Assembly (NCBI GenBank): GCA_951406725.2
Contig: OX597831.1
Location: 5,766,001 to 5,830,000, forward strand
Direction: 5' to 3'
Length of the DNA stretch: 64,000 nt
Source of the DNA: Octopus vulgaris
Taxonomy: Eukaryota
The position numbers and the translations under genes were made by a program. This document shows positions 51,726-64,000 of the stretch, in pieces (the first letter of the stretch is position 1; every line of letters begins with the position of its first letter). The notes beneath the pieces are model-generated. The model was not told the DNA's origin, did not search any database, and saw nothing but the letters and a program-made list of their open reading frames with translations.

Positions 51726-51776
51726 TTTGTCAAAATATTTTCGTCGCTTTGATACCGCGACCTGTTCACTGACAAA
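51726..51776 (-). ncRNA. Hammerhead-like motif with G3-C8 swapped core (GUGAACA)
   Basis: Minus strand: tttgtca GTGAACA g gtcgc ggtatcaaa gcgac GAAA atat TT tgacaaa. Perfect 7 bp stem I and 5 bp stem II. Confidence 0.65.
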
Positions 51777-52889
51777 GCTTCGTGCTACGCAAGTACATCT
51801 CCGTATATCATAATTATATTTTGAAAAAAAAAAAGTCTCATTCGTATATTTGTTTCTTTACTAACCACAAGGGGCTAAACACAGAGGGGACAAACAAGGA
51901 CAGACAAACGGATTAAGTCGATTACATCGGCCCCAGTGCGTAACTGGTACTTAATTTATCGACCCCGAAAGGATGAAAGGCAAAGTCGACCTCGGCGGAA
52001 TTTGAACTCAGAACGTAGCGACGGGCGAAATACCGCGAAGCACTTCGCTCGGCGTCCAAACGTCTCTGCCAGCTCGCCGCCTTTATTTTGTATATTGTTT
52101 GTCCTGTATTGTTTCATTCTATGTTTGATCATAATGATCATAATAAAGATTTTTACCTCTAGTTGTCGAGTATCCATCATTGACGAGGCCAAGGAAGGTT
52201 GAAATAACCTTATCTGGTGGTCTCCACGCTGGAGATGGCAGGGATTTACCTCATCGCTAGCAATGTAAACAAGAGTGCCTTTATTTTCACCAAAATTCAA
52301 TATGAGAGTTGCTTTCATGGTTTCTATCATATCTCATGGTATCTGCCGCAGTATACTTTGTTCTAACGGAACACACGCTTGAATGGCGGTAAATATTACC
52401 CGGCTAAATACTTTACAGATTTTGCAATTGTTAAACCATGCAATCTCTGGAGATATCTAGCTTTAATCAGAGATCATTAACATCGCTGACGTAGCATCTC
52501 AGATCATTCATCTCCTTCGGAACCAGCTCACTAAACTGCTGTGGACCCTATACAAAGGACACAAGTAGCCCAACATATTTATACTGCTTCCATTTATAGG
52601 ACGGCGCTTTTGCTACACACACACACACACACACAGAAAGGATAAGGTCCTTCCCGAGTCATGAATACTCATAAGACCGGTTTCCCGGTTTGCGTGACGC
52701 ATGTATTTTCCCCCGGGACAGGTCGCCAGTCCGTCGCAAGATTATTCCCTTTTTGCCGGCTGAGTGGAATAGAGCAATATAAAATTTAATGTTTTGCTCA
52801 AGAACATAACGTGTTGCCCGGTCCAGGATTTGAAACCACAGTCTTACGATCACAAGTCCAACACCCGCAACCACTAATCCACATGCCTC

Positions 52890-52946
<57 letters not shown>

Positions 52947-53251
52947 ACATTAATATGTCTGATGGTAGGCCTTCACTATAACCCATTATATCCATTTATA
53001 CACCCACAAACTGAGCTTCTCTCTCGTCTACCGTCACCACAAAAGCTCCTCCTCCTCCTTGTCTTCCACGCAAGATACCACCCCCCCACACAAACACACA
53101 CGCCTCCAGTTGTGCATCCTTACCCCACCACCACCGTCCAAGGATCCGGCACCAAACACCATTTAACCTTTAACTTGCGAACTGCAACAACGCCCTGGAA
53201 CTTCCTTCCTGTTGTGTTTTATCACCAAACATCATCTCTCAGAATGATATA

Positions 53252-53297
<46 letters not shown>

Positions 53298-53311
53298 TAA
53301 ATTTATTTATT

Positions 53312-53348
<37 letters not shown>

Positions 53349-53355
53349 GAATAAA

Positions 53356-53403
<48 letters not shown>

Positions 53404-53454
53404 TAAATTTATTTATTTTTCCGTGTTAATTATTAACAAGGTAAAAATACACTC

Positions 53455-53517
<63 letters not shown>

Positions 53518-53678
53518 TGTGTGGTAAGTAGCTTGCTTACCAACCACATGGTTCTGGGTTCATTCCCACCGCATGGCACCTTGGGCAAGTGTTTTCTACT
53601 ATAGCCTTGGGCCGACCAAAGCCTTGTGAGTGGATTTGGTAGACGGAAACTGAAAGAAGCCCGTCGTATATATGTGTT

Positions 53679-53721
<43 letters not shown>

Positions 53722-53920
53722 CTGTGTTTGTCCCCCCAACATTGCTGGACAACCGATGCTGGTGTATTTCCGTCCTCGTAACTTAGCGGTTCGGCAAAAG
53801 GGACCGATACAATAAGTACTAGGCTTCCAAAGAATAAGTCCTGGGGTCGATTTGCTCGACTAAAGGCGGTGCTCCAGCATAGCCGCAGTCAAATAACTGA
53901 AGCAAGTAAAAGTGAATATG

Positions 53921-53966
<46 letters not shown>

Positions 53967-53971
53967 TAATG

Positions 53972-54003
<32 letters not shown>

Positions 54004-55312
54004 CTTGTGTTTTTATACATCACTGGTGAGTGCGCATTTTGCTCGGCGTGTTAATGATTCTGCCAGCTCGCCACCGTCAGTGCATTAAAATTATGTTGTT
54101 TAATCCACATTGTTTTGGATTAACCATGGCTTATCTTGCAGCTTCAAACGTTTGATGGTGTGATTGCTTATTTTTAGAATGATACTGTAGGACAGGCGTG
54201 AGAGGCTGGATCTGATCGGTTTGAATATAAACCAGGTGGAATACTTGGGGCGGATATGGCCGGTTTAAATGCTAGAGTCAAATGCTCAATGCTTCACTGT
54301 ATAGCTATTTTAACTTTCTCTAGCGGTATTGAGTACTTTCGTGGTGTACAGTAGAGACCTCTGGGCCGCCCTTGCAGATGTCAGTAGCAGAAGCGTTATC
54401 GCGCCGGGCGAAATGTGCTTTGCGGTATTTCATCTGCCGTTACGTTTTGAGTTCAAATTCCGCCGAGGTCGACTTTGCCTTTCATCCTTTCAGGGTCGAT
54501 AAATTAAGTACCAGTTACACACTGGGGTCGATGTAATCGACTTAATCCGTTTGTCTGTCCTTGTTTGTCCTCTCTGTGTTTAGCCCCTTGTGGGTAGTAA
54601 AGAAATAGGTATTTCGTCTGCCGCTACGTTTTGAGTTCATATTCCGCCGAGGTCGACTTTGCCTTTCATCCTTTCGGGGTCGATAAATTAAGTACCAGTT
54701 ACGCACTGGGGTCGATGTAATCGACTTAATCCTTTTGTTTGTCCCCTGTATGTTTAGCCCCTTGTGGGCAATAAAGAAATAAGTAGTACATTCATTTTTG
54801 TATAAGCAGTTTGCTTAGCTCTCTCTCTCTCTCAACCTTTCTTCATTGCTGGGCAAAGTGACACTGTCAGTCGTCTCCTCCGTTACACCATCACGGCCCT
54901 TCACGCAGCACAACGTAACCGATTCAGAGAAAGAATGAGAGATGGGGAAATAGAGAGACGGGGAAAGAGGGAGAGAAAAAGTGTGTGAAAGGAGAATTGC
55001 CTTCAGTATTTGATTGATAAAATTATTTATCGATCCAATAGAATTTCGAACACTTCCTGAGATTCGAGCGCAGAACGCAAAGCGCTGGAACAAATCCGGT
55101 TAAGCATTCTATGCTATGCACGAACAACTCTTTATATACAGCAACGCATTGTGAGACTAACATTTATATATCAATAAGATATAACAGTCTCCAAACACAC
55201 GCGCGTAATGTAAATGCATGTTGCAAACACATGTTAGAGAAATAAGTATAAACAGAAGTTTATGCTGAAGTTCTTACGCACGTTTCATTATTATGATTGT
55301 TAGAAGCCCAGT

Positions 55313-55703
55313 TGTTGTTGGAAGCACTCCGTCGGTTACGACGACGAGGGTTCCGGTTGATCCGATCAACGGAACAGCCTGCTCGTGAAATTAACGTGCA
55401 AGTGGCTGAGCACTCCACAGACACGTGTACCCTTAACGTAGTTCTCGGGGATATTCAGCGTGACACAGAGAGTGTGACAAGGCCGGCCCTTTGAAATACA
55501 GGTACAACAGAAACAGGAAGTAAGAGTGAGAGAAAGTTGTGGTGAAAGAGTACAGCAGGGATCACCACCATCCCTTGCCGGAGCCTCGTGGAGCTTTAGG
55601 TGTTTTCGCTCAATAAACACTCACAACGCCCGGTCTGGGAATCGAAACCGCGATCCTACGACCGCGAGTCCGCTGCCCTAACCACTGGGCCATTGCGCCT
55701 CCT
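55313..55703 (-). mobile_element. Young family C SINE with a distinct 3' module and 10 bp TSD
   Basis: TSD gaagcccagt at 55303-55312 and 55704-55713, with a (caa)n tail on the minus strand. Confidence 0.88.
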
Positions 55704-55714
55704 GAAGCCCAGTA

Positions 55715-56753
55715 ATAAGTGTTCCATGTGCGTTCAGATATTCAGTCACGACAAATCATCAGATCCCTGAGGAGTGTTCATATTTCAGGTCCATCAAATA
55801 TTCCTGCCTGCTTTTCGTCACTGAGACTTGGAAAGGTTGTACATATATTTCTGAAGCAGGTCTCCAAATTCCATCACAAGTTTTGCAAACTTTGTGAGAA
55901 GCCCAGCTTCTGTCCTGGTCTCCAAGTGTTTACTTTAATGTAAGCAAGGTACACCTTTTTCACATAGTTACTAATGTTGCGCCTCTGAGCCTGTGGAGTT
56001 AAGTTTCGACAGACGTAACAAAAGATATCGGAGTCATTACAGCACGCCTTTCTTTTCGATGTTGTATCCATAACTAGTTCACAGTGGATCCAGTTCACAC
56101 CTGAAAAGAAGAGGACGAACTTTAAAGCAAAACTCAGCTTGAACATATTCAAAACTAGCAGTATCGCCCGGCGTTGCTCGGGTTTGCTTCGACCCTTTAG
56201 AATTGGAGTTTCAGAAAAGTAAAAAATTTGCATTATGTAGCTTGTTATTCTCTTTAAGTGAACATTTTTCTGGTTGAAATACATCGAAAAATGGCGACGC
56301 AGCAGTCAAAAAATCGTAAAAAAAATAAGGGTTTTCATAGAAAAAAGCACCTTTTTCATGTAAATAATTTTTGGTGTTAACATGGTCCGATTTGAATTTT
56401 TTCTTCTACGGAAGGAAGAACAAGCCTTCTTCTATCATACTCTCAATTTTGGTCAACTTGCGCCGCAGGGTCTTGGAGGAGATAGTGTTAGTTGAAGGCT
56501 TACCAAACCTGCCATACACAGACAACTTCAGCTTTAGAGAGATTAGCATGACGAACCATCAAAAATTCTTGCAAATAGTGGTGTAAAGTTAACTTTTGGT
56601 ATGCTCCTGGTAAATAAAGGTATATACCGACGGCACAAAAATGTGATGTTACAGCAAATCTGAGGTCAGTTTTGGATTCAGCACCCAAAAATTAGTCTAA
56701 AACAGCTCTAAGATTTTATGCCAGAAAATAAAAGTTTATTTTGTTGATCAATG
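55715..56753 (-). mobile_element. Chapaev3-like DNA transposon 5' fragment containing a Helitron insertion (56155-56542)
   Basis: Minus strand CCNDSDIFCYVCRNLTPQAQRRNISNYVKKVYLAY, then after a frameshift LGDQDRSWASHKVCKTC. Terminus ttttgttgatcaatg. The superfamily is assigned from recall of this Cys-rich N-terminus. Confidence 0.6.
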
Positions 56754-57061
56754 TTATCAAAGTTGTAAAAAAGAAAGGTGAGGAGATAAAATCATAAAGA
56801 CAGACCAATAGAAAGAGTTTTGTTTTCGGTCTGTCATTCTGTCTTTCCGATCCGTGTGGTTATGTGATAAGAATTCTGCTTCCCAACCACATGGTTTCGG
56901 GTTCAGTCCCACTGCGTGGCACCTTGGGCTTCTACAATAGCCTCGGGCTGACCAAATCCTTGTGACCGAATTTGGTAGACGGAAACCGAAAGAAACCTGT
57001 CGTATATATATATATATGTGTGTGTGTATGTGCGTGTGCGTGTGTGTGTATAAAATACTGT

Positions 57062-57545
57062 ACGTATTTATACACAAAAGAGGTTACCTTTAACAGGACA
57101 CCTTACATGCTGGAAAGGGCAGTTAAAACCCAAACCACGAATAAGAGTAATTTCAAAGGGAATGAAAAATTAGAATATTTCTATAGTTAACCCTAGACTC
57201 GAGTTTCTGCACTAATGGGCAAATAAATTAATTTGCCATCCGTGCTTCTTCAGTAAGGGCGCTAAAATTAATGCATATTTATGCAGCACGGAGAATACAC
57301 GTGCTACATACTTATACAGTCTAATTTTTCAAATCCACCGCGCAAGCGCAGTTACATTCGGCAGCAAATAGTAATAAAAAAATTAAAACTGCGTACCGGA
57401 GAGCTTCGAAACTACGAAACTTTTACTGTGAAAATAAGAAGGGTAGAAAATTTAGTGTAAGTATTTATACACAAAAGAGGTGACCTGTAACAGGACACCT
57501 TACATGCTGGAAAGGGCAGTTAAAGCCCAAACCATGAATAATAAG
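57062..57545. repeat. ~80 bp direct repeat pair (57064-57147 and 57461-57547)
   Basis: gtatttatacacaaaagaggt.acct.taacaggacaccttacatgctggaaagggcagttaaa.cccaaacca.gaataa occurs twice. Confidence 0.85.
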
Positions 57546-58208
57546 AGTGTGTGTGTTTTTGTGTCTGCGTTTCCGCCGCCGCCGCCGCCACCACCACCAC
57601 CACCACCGCTCAACAACCAGTGTTGGTGTGTTGACGTCCCCGTAACTTAGCGGTTCGGCAATAGAGACCGATAGTGAATGTACCAGAATTAAAAAAAAAA
57701 CACGGGTCGATTCTTTCGACTAAAATTCTTCAAGGCAGTGCCCCAGCATGGCCACAGGCTAATGATTTAAAAAATTAAGATAAAAGAAAAGATATCAGTT
57801 CAAAGAGCATTTAAGACATTCTGTGATAAATTCAAATGTAGATACGCTGCAGTTTATAAATGTTGATAATAGACAGATGTAAATACACCTCGTTATTCTC
57901 TTCGCACGGAAAAAATACGAGAATATTATGACATGACATGTTTCGTAGCTTGTTGGCCTTTCATCTGTCGGTGGTTACGCGTCGAGTTTTTACTTTTCTA
58001 TGGCTGAAAATAAAGGAACTGACGGCGGCGGCGATGGTGGTGGTGGTGGTGGTGGTGGTGGTGGTGGATTAATTATTCACTGATAAGCAGCCAACTAACC
58101 ATGAAACATGCGTTACTAATCTAATGAATGTGCCTCTGTCTAGACCGACCGACAGACAGACAGACAGACTGATAGATAGACAGACGGACCGATTGATAGA
58201 TAGATCGG

Positions 58209-58261
<53 letters not shown>

Positions 58262-58319
58262 TGACAGACGAGCAAGCAGGCAGACAAGCAGACAGACAGG
58301 CAGGCAGATAGATAGATAC

Positions 58320-58437
<118 letters not shown>

Positions 58438-58712
58438 GGATGGACGGACGGACGGACGGACGGACAGACGGACGGATAGACAGACGGATAGACAGACACC
58501 GGTTGTTCAGGTGTGGCTTTTCATCATAATACAATAAATACAATTGACAGAGAAACTGTTTTGAAATCTAATTAGTCGAATCGCCTTCAATTTATTATGA
58601 ATTTGTGATATTTTAGTTTCTATTCTTTAATTTCTGCTGTGGCCTATTGGAAGAAAAAAAAGGTGTTTGTTGCTGATAGACGTAATAGAACCAGTAAGCG
58701 TTGCAGTTATCG

Positions 58713-59320
<608 letters not shown>

Positions 59321-59523
59321 TGGATGGTTTTTATTGGTGTTGTTTGCTGTTAGTGGCATTTGTGATGCGATAATAGGAAACGCGTAGGCTGTAGTGTCGA
59401 GCGGGAAGATGGCGGCGGCTTCCGTCTGTTGATGATGGCTGTTGTTGTAGTGGTTGTTATGGTTATTTTTTTCTTTTTACATCGGTGCTTTTCATTGTAC
59501 AAGATTGTACGTCGTATCTGTAG

Positions 59524-59583
<60 letters not shown>

Positions 59584-59614
59584 TTTATACTTGCATAGTG
59601 GCAAATCTACATAC

Positions 59615-59648
<34 letters not shown>

Positions 59649-59741
59649 TTACATATATGTCAGATAGAGAGATAGATAGCTAATCTATCTCTCTCTGTAT
59701 ATATATATGTGTGTATGTGTGTATATGCATATATGTATATA

Positions 59742-59808
<67 letters not shown>

Positions 59809-59837
59809 ATGTATATATACGTATGTATATATATATT

Positions 59838-59869
<32 letters not shown>

Positions 59870-59896
59870 CATATATATACATATATATATACACAC

Positions 59897-59950
<54 letters not shown>

Positions 59951-60094
59951 TATATACATATATATACATATATAGATATATAGATACAGATATAGATATA
60001 AAATATGCGTTCATACATACACACACATAAATATATACATAAATGAATATATATATACACATCACATACACACACATATATGAATATGTATGTA

Positions 60095-60127
<33 letters not shown>

Positions 60128-60912
60128 GCATGTGTATATGTTCGTAAGTACATATATATATATAAGCTTATATACACGTGCATATGCATATGTATGTACA
60201 TGCATATATCTGTATACTCACACACACACACACACACACACACACAACACATATATACACATACACACGCACATCCTCTTATATTCATATTTGCTTTTGT
60301 GAACGTCTGAGCGAGCGCACACGCGTAAATTACGAGATAGGTTAGCATGTATTGAGATAAGAATACTTCCACAAGAAGCCAGAGGGCATATATGATTTTC
60401 ACCTTGATATTAACTGACAGTTATCCTTCATTGCCATTGTTAAACCGTACTCCTGTGTAAACGCTGGCACGGCTCCTGTTTTCCACAATAGAATCACACA
60501 GATTCTGTTACATCCAACGCCGTCAGTCCGACTTTTCGGCATAAATCATGCTTTAATTGATCAGAGTTTTCAGACGTCCTGTTGGACATAACTTTGGTCT
60601 ATCGGCCCAAATGTCGTACTTTCATATTGTGTCTTCAACGCTATACTGTTTCCTTGGCAACGGTACTTAACTATCAATAGCACAGTCCGCTCTTTTGTAA
60701 AGAGGCGACATGTAGGATTTCAGATCAATGTAATTAATGATTGTATTATTGTGTAATTTTTCTCTTGCGTGAGTAGATCGATGTTTTCAATGAAATTGGT
60801 GTAGGCGAAGCAAGGAGTTTTCTAACTGTAGCTTCGTGTTTGGGATTTGGCCGACGGAAATTGTGCGGAAACCTATTCTATGTAAGAACACACATACACA
60901 CGCACACGCACG

Positions 60913-60961
<49 letters not shown>

Positions 60962-61001
60962 TTGCGATGTTGCGTACTTAATATATGTGTTTTGTGTATG
61001 T

Positions 61002-61233
61002 AAGGCGGCGAGCTGGCAGAAACGTTCGCACGTCGGGCGAAATGCTTAGCGGTATTTCGTCTGCCGTTACGTTCTGAGTTCAAATTCCGCCGAGGTCGAC
61101 TTTGCCTTTCATCCTTTCGAGGTCGATAAATTAAGTACCAGTTACGCACTGGGGTCGATGTAATCGACTTAATCCATTTGTCTGTCCTTGTTCGTCCCCT
61201 CTATGTTTAGCCCCTTGTGGGCAATAAAGAAAT
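61002..61233 (+). mobile_element. SINE family A with 21 bp TSD
   Basis: TSD atatatgtgttttgtgtatgt at 60981-61001 and 61234-61254. Confidence 0.92.
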
Positions 61234-61358
61234 ATATATGTGTTTTGTGTATGTGCTTGTTGCTTGTGGAATTCGTCAAAGGAAAAGTCCCTTTAAGACA
61301 TCGAATGTTAAAAAACAACATAGAATGCCTCAAAGCAGGTGAAACGAATCGACCTGTT

Positions 61359-61401
61359 GGTGGATATCTATGTTTCGTTGTTATTTCAGTTCATCAGCAC
61401 C
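61359..61401 (-). ncRNA. Degenerate minimal hammerhead-like motif
   Basis: Minus strand: ggtg CTGATGA actg aaataa caac GAAA catagata TC cacc. Confidence 0.5.
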
Positions 61402-61519
61402 GTATACCCGAGTCACTTTGAAACGAATTCGAATCGCTAGTCTAGGGTACATATGCAGATTGTGTAAAAATCTATCTACTGATGTGCAGAAGCGCTACAC
61501 AAGTGAAGCAAGAATCAAT

Positions 61520-62693
61520 TTTGAATGAGAAGCAACTCTACTAATGTAAAAATTACCAATGTCACATAATATCTGTGTTTATTAGCAGCAGAATTCTTTA
61601 GAAGAGGAGAGATTAGATATCCTATCTAAAGAAATATTTGATAAGGTATCCCCCCTACTATAACAATGTTCTAGGCAACAGTAACTCAAAAGATAGATAT
61701 ATTACAGCTCCTCTAGCAAAAATAAGAATCATAAAAATAGACCTAAGAACAAATAGACGCAAGAACATAATTTGGTTATCCCCCACCGTTTCTCCCTAAA
61801 TGTTAAAACCGACGTAAACGAAAGATTCTTGTCTCTCTCAGAGAAATATTTCTCAGATAATCACAAATATAGGAAGATCTTCAACCGTCACTCAGTTACA
61901 TTGCTCTATAGGTGCTACCCCAGTATGAAGAACATCATTACCCGGAAACACCACCAAAAGCCTATTCCCATTTGTAGCTGTAGGGACGCTAGAGCTTGCC
62001 CACTTGGCCAGGTGAGCATGGTAAACACCGTCATATATGAGGCAGAAGTCACAGCAACGCGACATGATAACCAAACCGAACCGAACGGAAGAATTACATC
62101 GAGTTATGCGAAGGCGACTTCGAAAGACGCTATGCAAACCATTTATCTTCTTAGTAAAGCCCCTAAGTTGGTTAACCACGTATAGGGTTTGAAGACCGAT
62201 TCCACGCCTCGTACAATCAAATGAAAAATCGTAGAAAATTCCATGCAATATATTAATGCATCTAAGAAATGCAAGTTATGCATAATTAAAATATCACATC
62301 CTTTTTACATCTGAGAATTACACCGCACTGATGAATTCCAGATCAGAAATTTTCAACAATTATAAACATACAGACAAATTTCCTTTGGCGAATTGGGGAC
62401 ACTAGCCTCTCCGGAATAAGTAGCCGTATTGCAAACTTTAGACCCCTCTCCATTCAATCAACACTAACTTACTTTATCATGGCTTTACGGTCAAGGGGGA
62501 CATAACTCTAATTCACCATTTTCTTTCTCTTTTTCCCTTCTTTTTTGTTTTCTTTACACTCCTCCACTTTTTGCATCCACCTTCCTCTCGTTTTTTCTAA
62601 TGATTTCTATTGTTCCATCTTCCTGATTTATAATGTGCTCAGAGCTTGGCGATTACTTGTAGACCAGGTGTGTTATAAAACCTGCCTAGAGCG

Positions 62694-62698
<5 letters not shown>
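61520..62698 (+). mobile_element. Penelope-like element 3' half (thumb/linker plus GIY-YIG), resembling the Hydra clade; pseudogenised
   Basis: RNIIWLSPP-FSLNVKTDV..FLSL..KYF...HKYRKIFNR...Y.C, then CSCRDARACPL (CxCx5C, 61973-61999), VIYEAEV, a frameshifted NYIELCEGDFERRYANHLSS, and a terminal SKKCKLC (62261-62281). Confidence 0.8.
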
Positions 62699-62760
<62 letters not shown>

Positions 62761-62769
62761 TACTTTTAA

Positions 62770-63165
62770 TCTGCATGTTAGTTACAATCACTAGCCGAGA
62801 CACACCCAACGTCCTGGGGCGAGTGAAGGATAAGCGATGTTGCAGTATGACTGAAATCCTGGAGAGTTGGGTGGCAGGGGCAGTAGCGAAATATTTTCAT
62901 GTAATACAACACTGACAGTTAAATGGACAGGGTCTTTCTAAGGATGTGGGCAGTACTTGTCAGTACAATCTTTTGGATTTCTCTGAGACATGGTTCTCCT
63001 GGGACATTATCTAGATGTTTCTGATATCCCTTTCTTACCATACCGAGGGCACTCACAATAATAGGAACAGTTCTCGCTTTAAGACGTCACATCTTTTGTA
63101 TTTCAATTTCCAGGTCCTTATATTTACTTAATTTTTCAAATTCCTTTACAGATATATTTTTATAC
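62770..63165 (-). mobile_element. R4/Dong-type LINE 3' end running into (TAA)n
   Basis: Minus strand KNISVKEFEKLSKYKDLEIEIQKM*RLKARTVPIIVSALGMVRKG...LREIQKIVLTSTAHILRKTLSI*. Confidence 0.85.
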
Positions 63166-63301
63166 TCCAGTTTCCTGGGATGGCTTACATTAGAACATAG
63201 TTTCCTTTCATTGTTCTTGTGGATCCTGGTTCGTGATGGTTTCAGATTTGATCTTCTTATATCATGGTTCGTGATAGTATCAGATTATATTGTTGTAGTT
63301 A

Positions 63302-63382
<81 letters not shown>

Positions 63383-64000
63383 GGCGGCAAGCAGGCAGAA
63401 TCGTTAGCACGCCGGGCGAAATACTTGGCAGTATTTCGGCCGTCGCTACTTTCTGAGTTCAAATTCCGCCGTGGTCGACTTTTCCTTTCATCCTTTGGGG
63501 GTCGGTAAAATAACTACCAGTGAAACACAAGGGTCGATGTAATCGACTAGTCCTCTCTCCATAATTTCAGGCCTTGTGCCTGTAGTAAAAAGGAGTATTA
63601 TTATTATAATTATCATTTTGGTTGTTGTTGTTGCTGTAGCTGTCCAATTTTTGTATATCTCAAGCACTTAAATGTCAATCAGTCCAGACATTTCAGTTGA
63701 GGAGCAGTCATCAAGAAGCTAACAAAAGTCTCTTCGTGTTTCTTCTCCGGTGCCTTACATAGACAAAACTTTCCTTCAAATACTTACTGTACCGAAAAGT
63801 GCTGTCTTAACCTTGCATCAAATTCAGGCTCATCAATATTCCATTCTCACAAGAATGTAATTTCTCAACTGTATTCACTCGAAAAATGCGTATTTCTTTA
63901 CTACCCACAAGGGTCTAAACACAGAAGGGACAAACAAGGACAGACAAACTGATTAAATCGATTACATCAACCCCAGTGCGTAACTGGTACGTAATTTATC

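Overview
AT-rich, microsatellite-saturated metazoan DNA. The SINE families and repeat landscape look like an octopus genome (inference). I see no convincing host protein-coding gene, and almost all listed ORFs are translations of simple repeats. The window is a mosaic of decayed mobile elements: at least four short retroposon families, a Tc1 element split by a SINE, mariner and Chapaev3-like fragments, non-autonomous Helitrons, piggyBac/Tigger-type MITEs, CR1, RTE and R4/Dong-type LINE fragments, a tRNA-Asn pseudogene and Penelope-like element (PLE) remnants. Two things stand out. First, a near-perfect ~2 kb palindrome (31565-33560) made of two copies of a PLE 3' end with a GIY-YIG C-terminus. 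Second, about 17 minimal type I hammerhead ribozyme (HHR)-like motifs, many in short elements beside (TA)n tracts. Some sit between inverted repeats, two form a back-to-back pair, and several have non-canonical cores (G3-C8, U3-A8, U6, C4). All folds were assigned by eye and none is shown to be active. Element boundaries are approximate unless a TSD or TIR is quoted.
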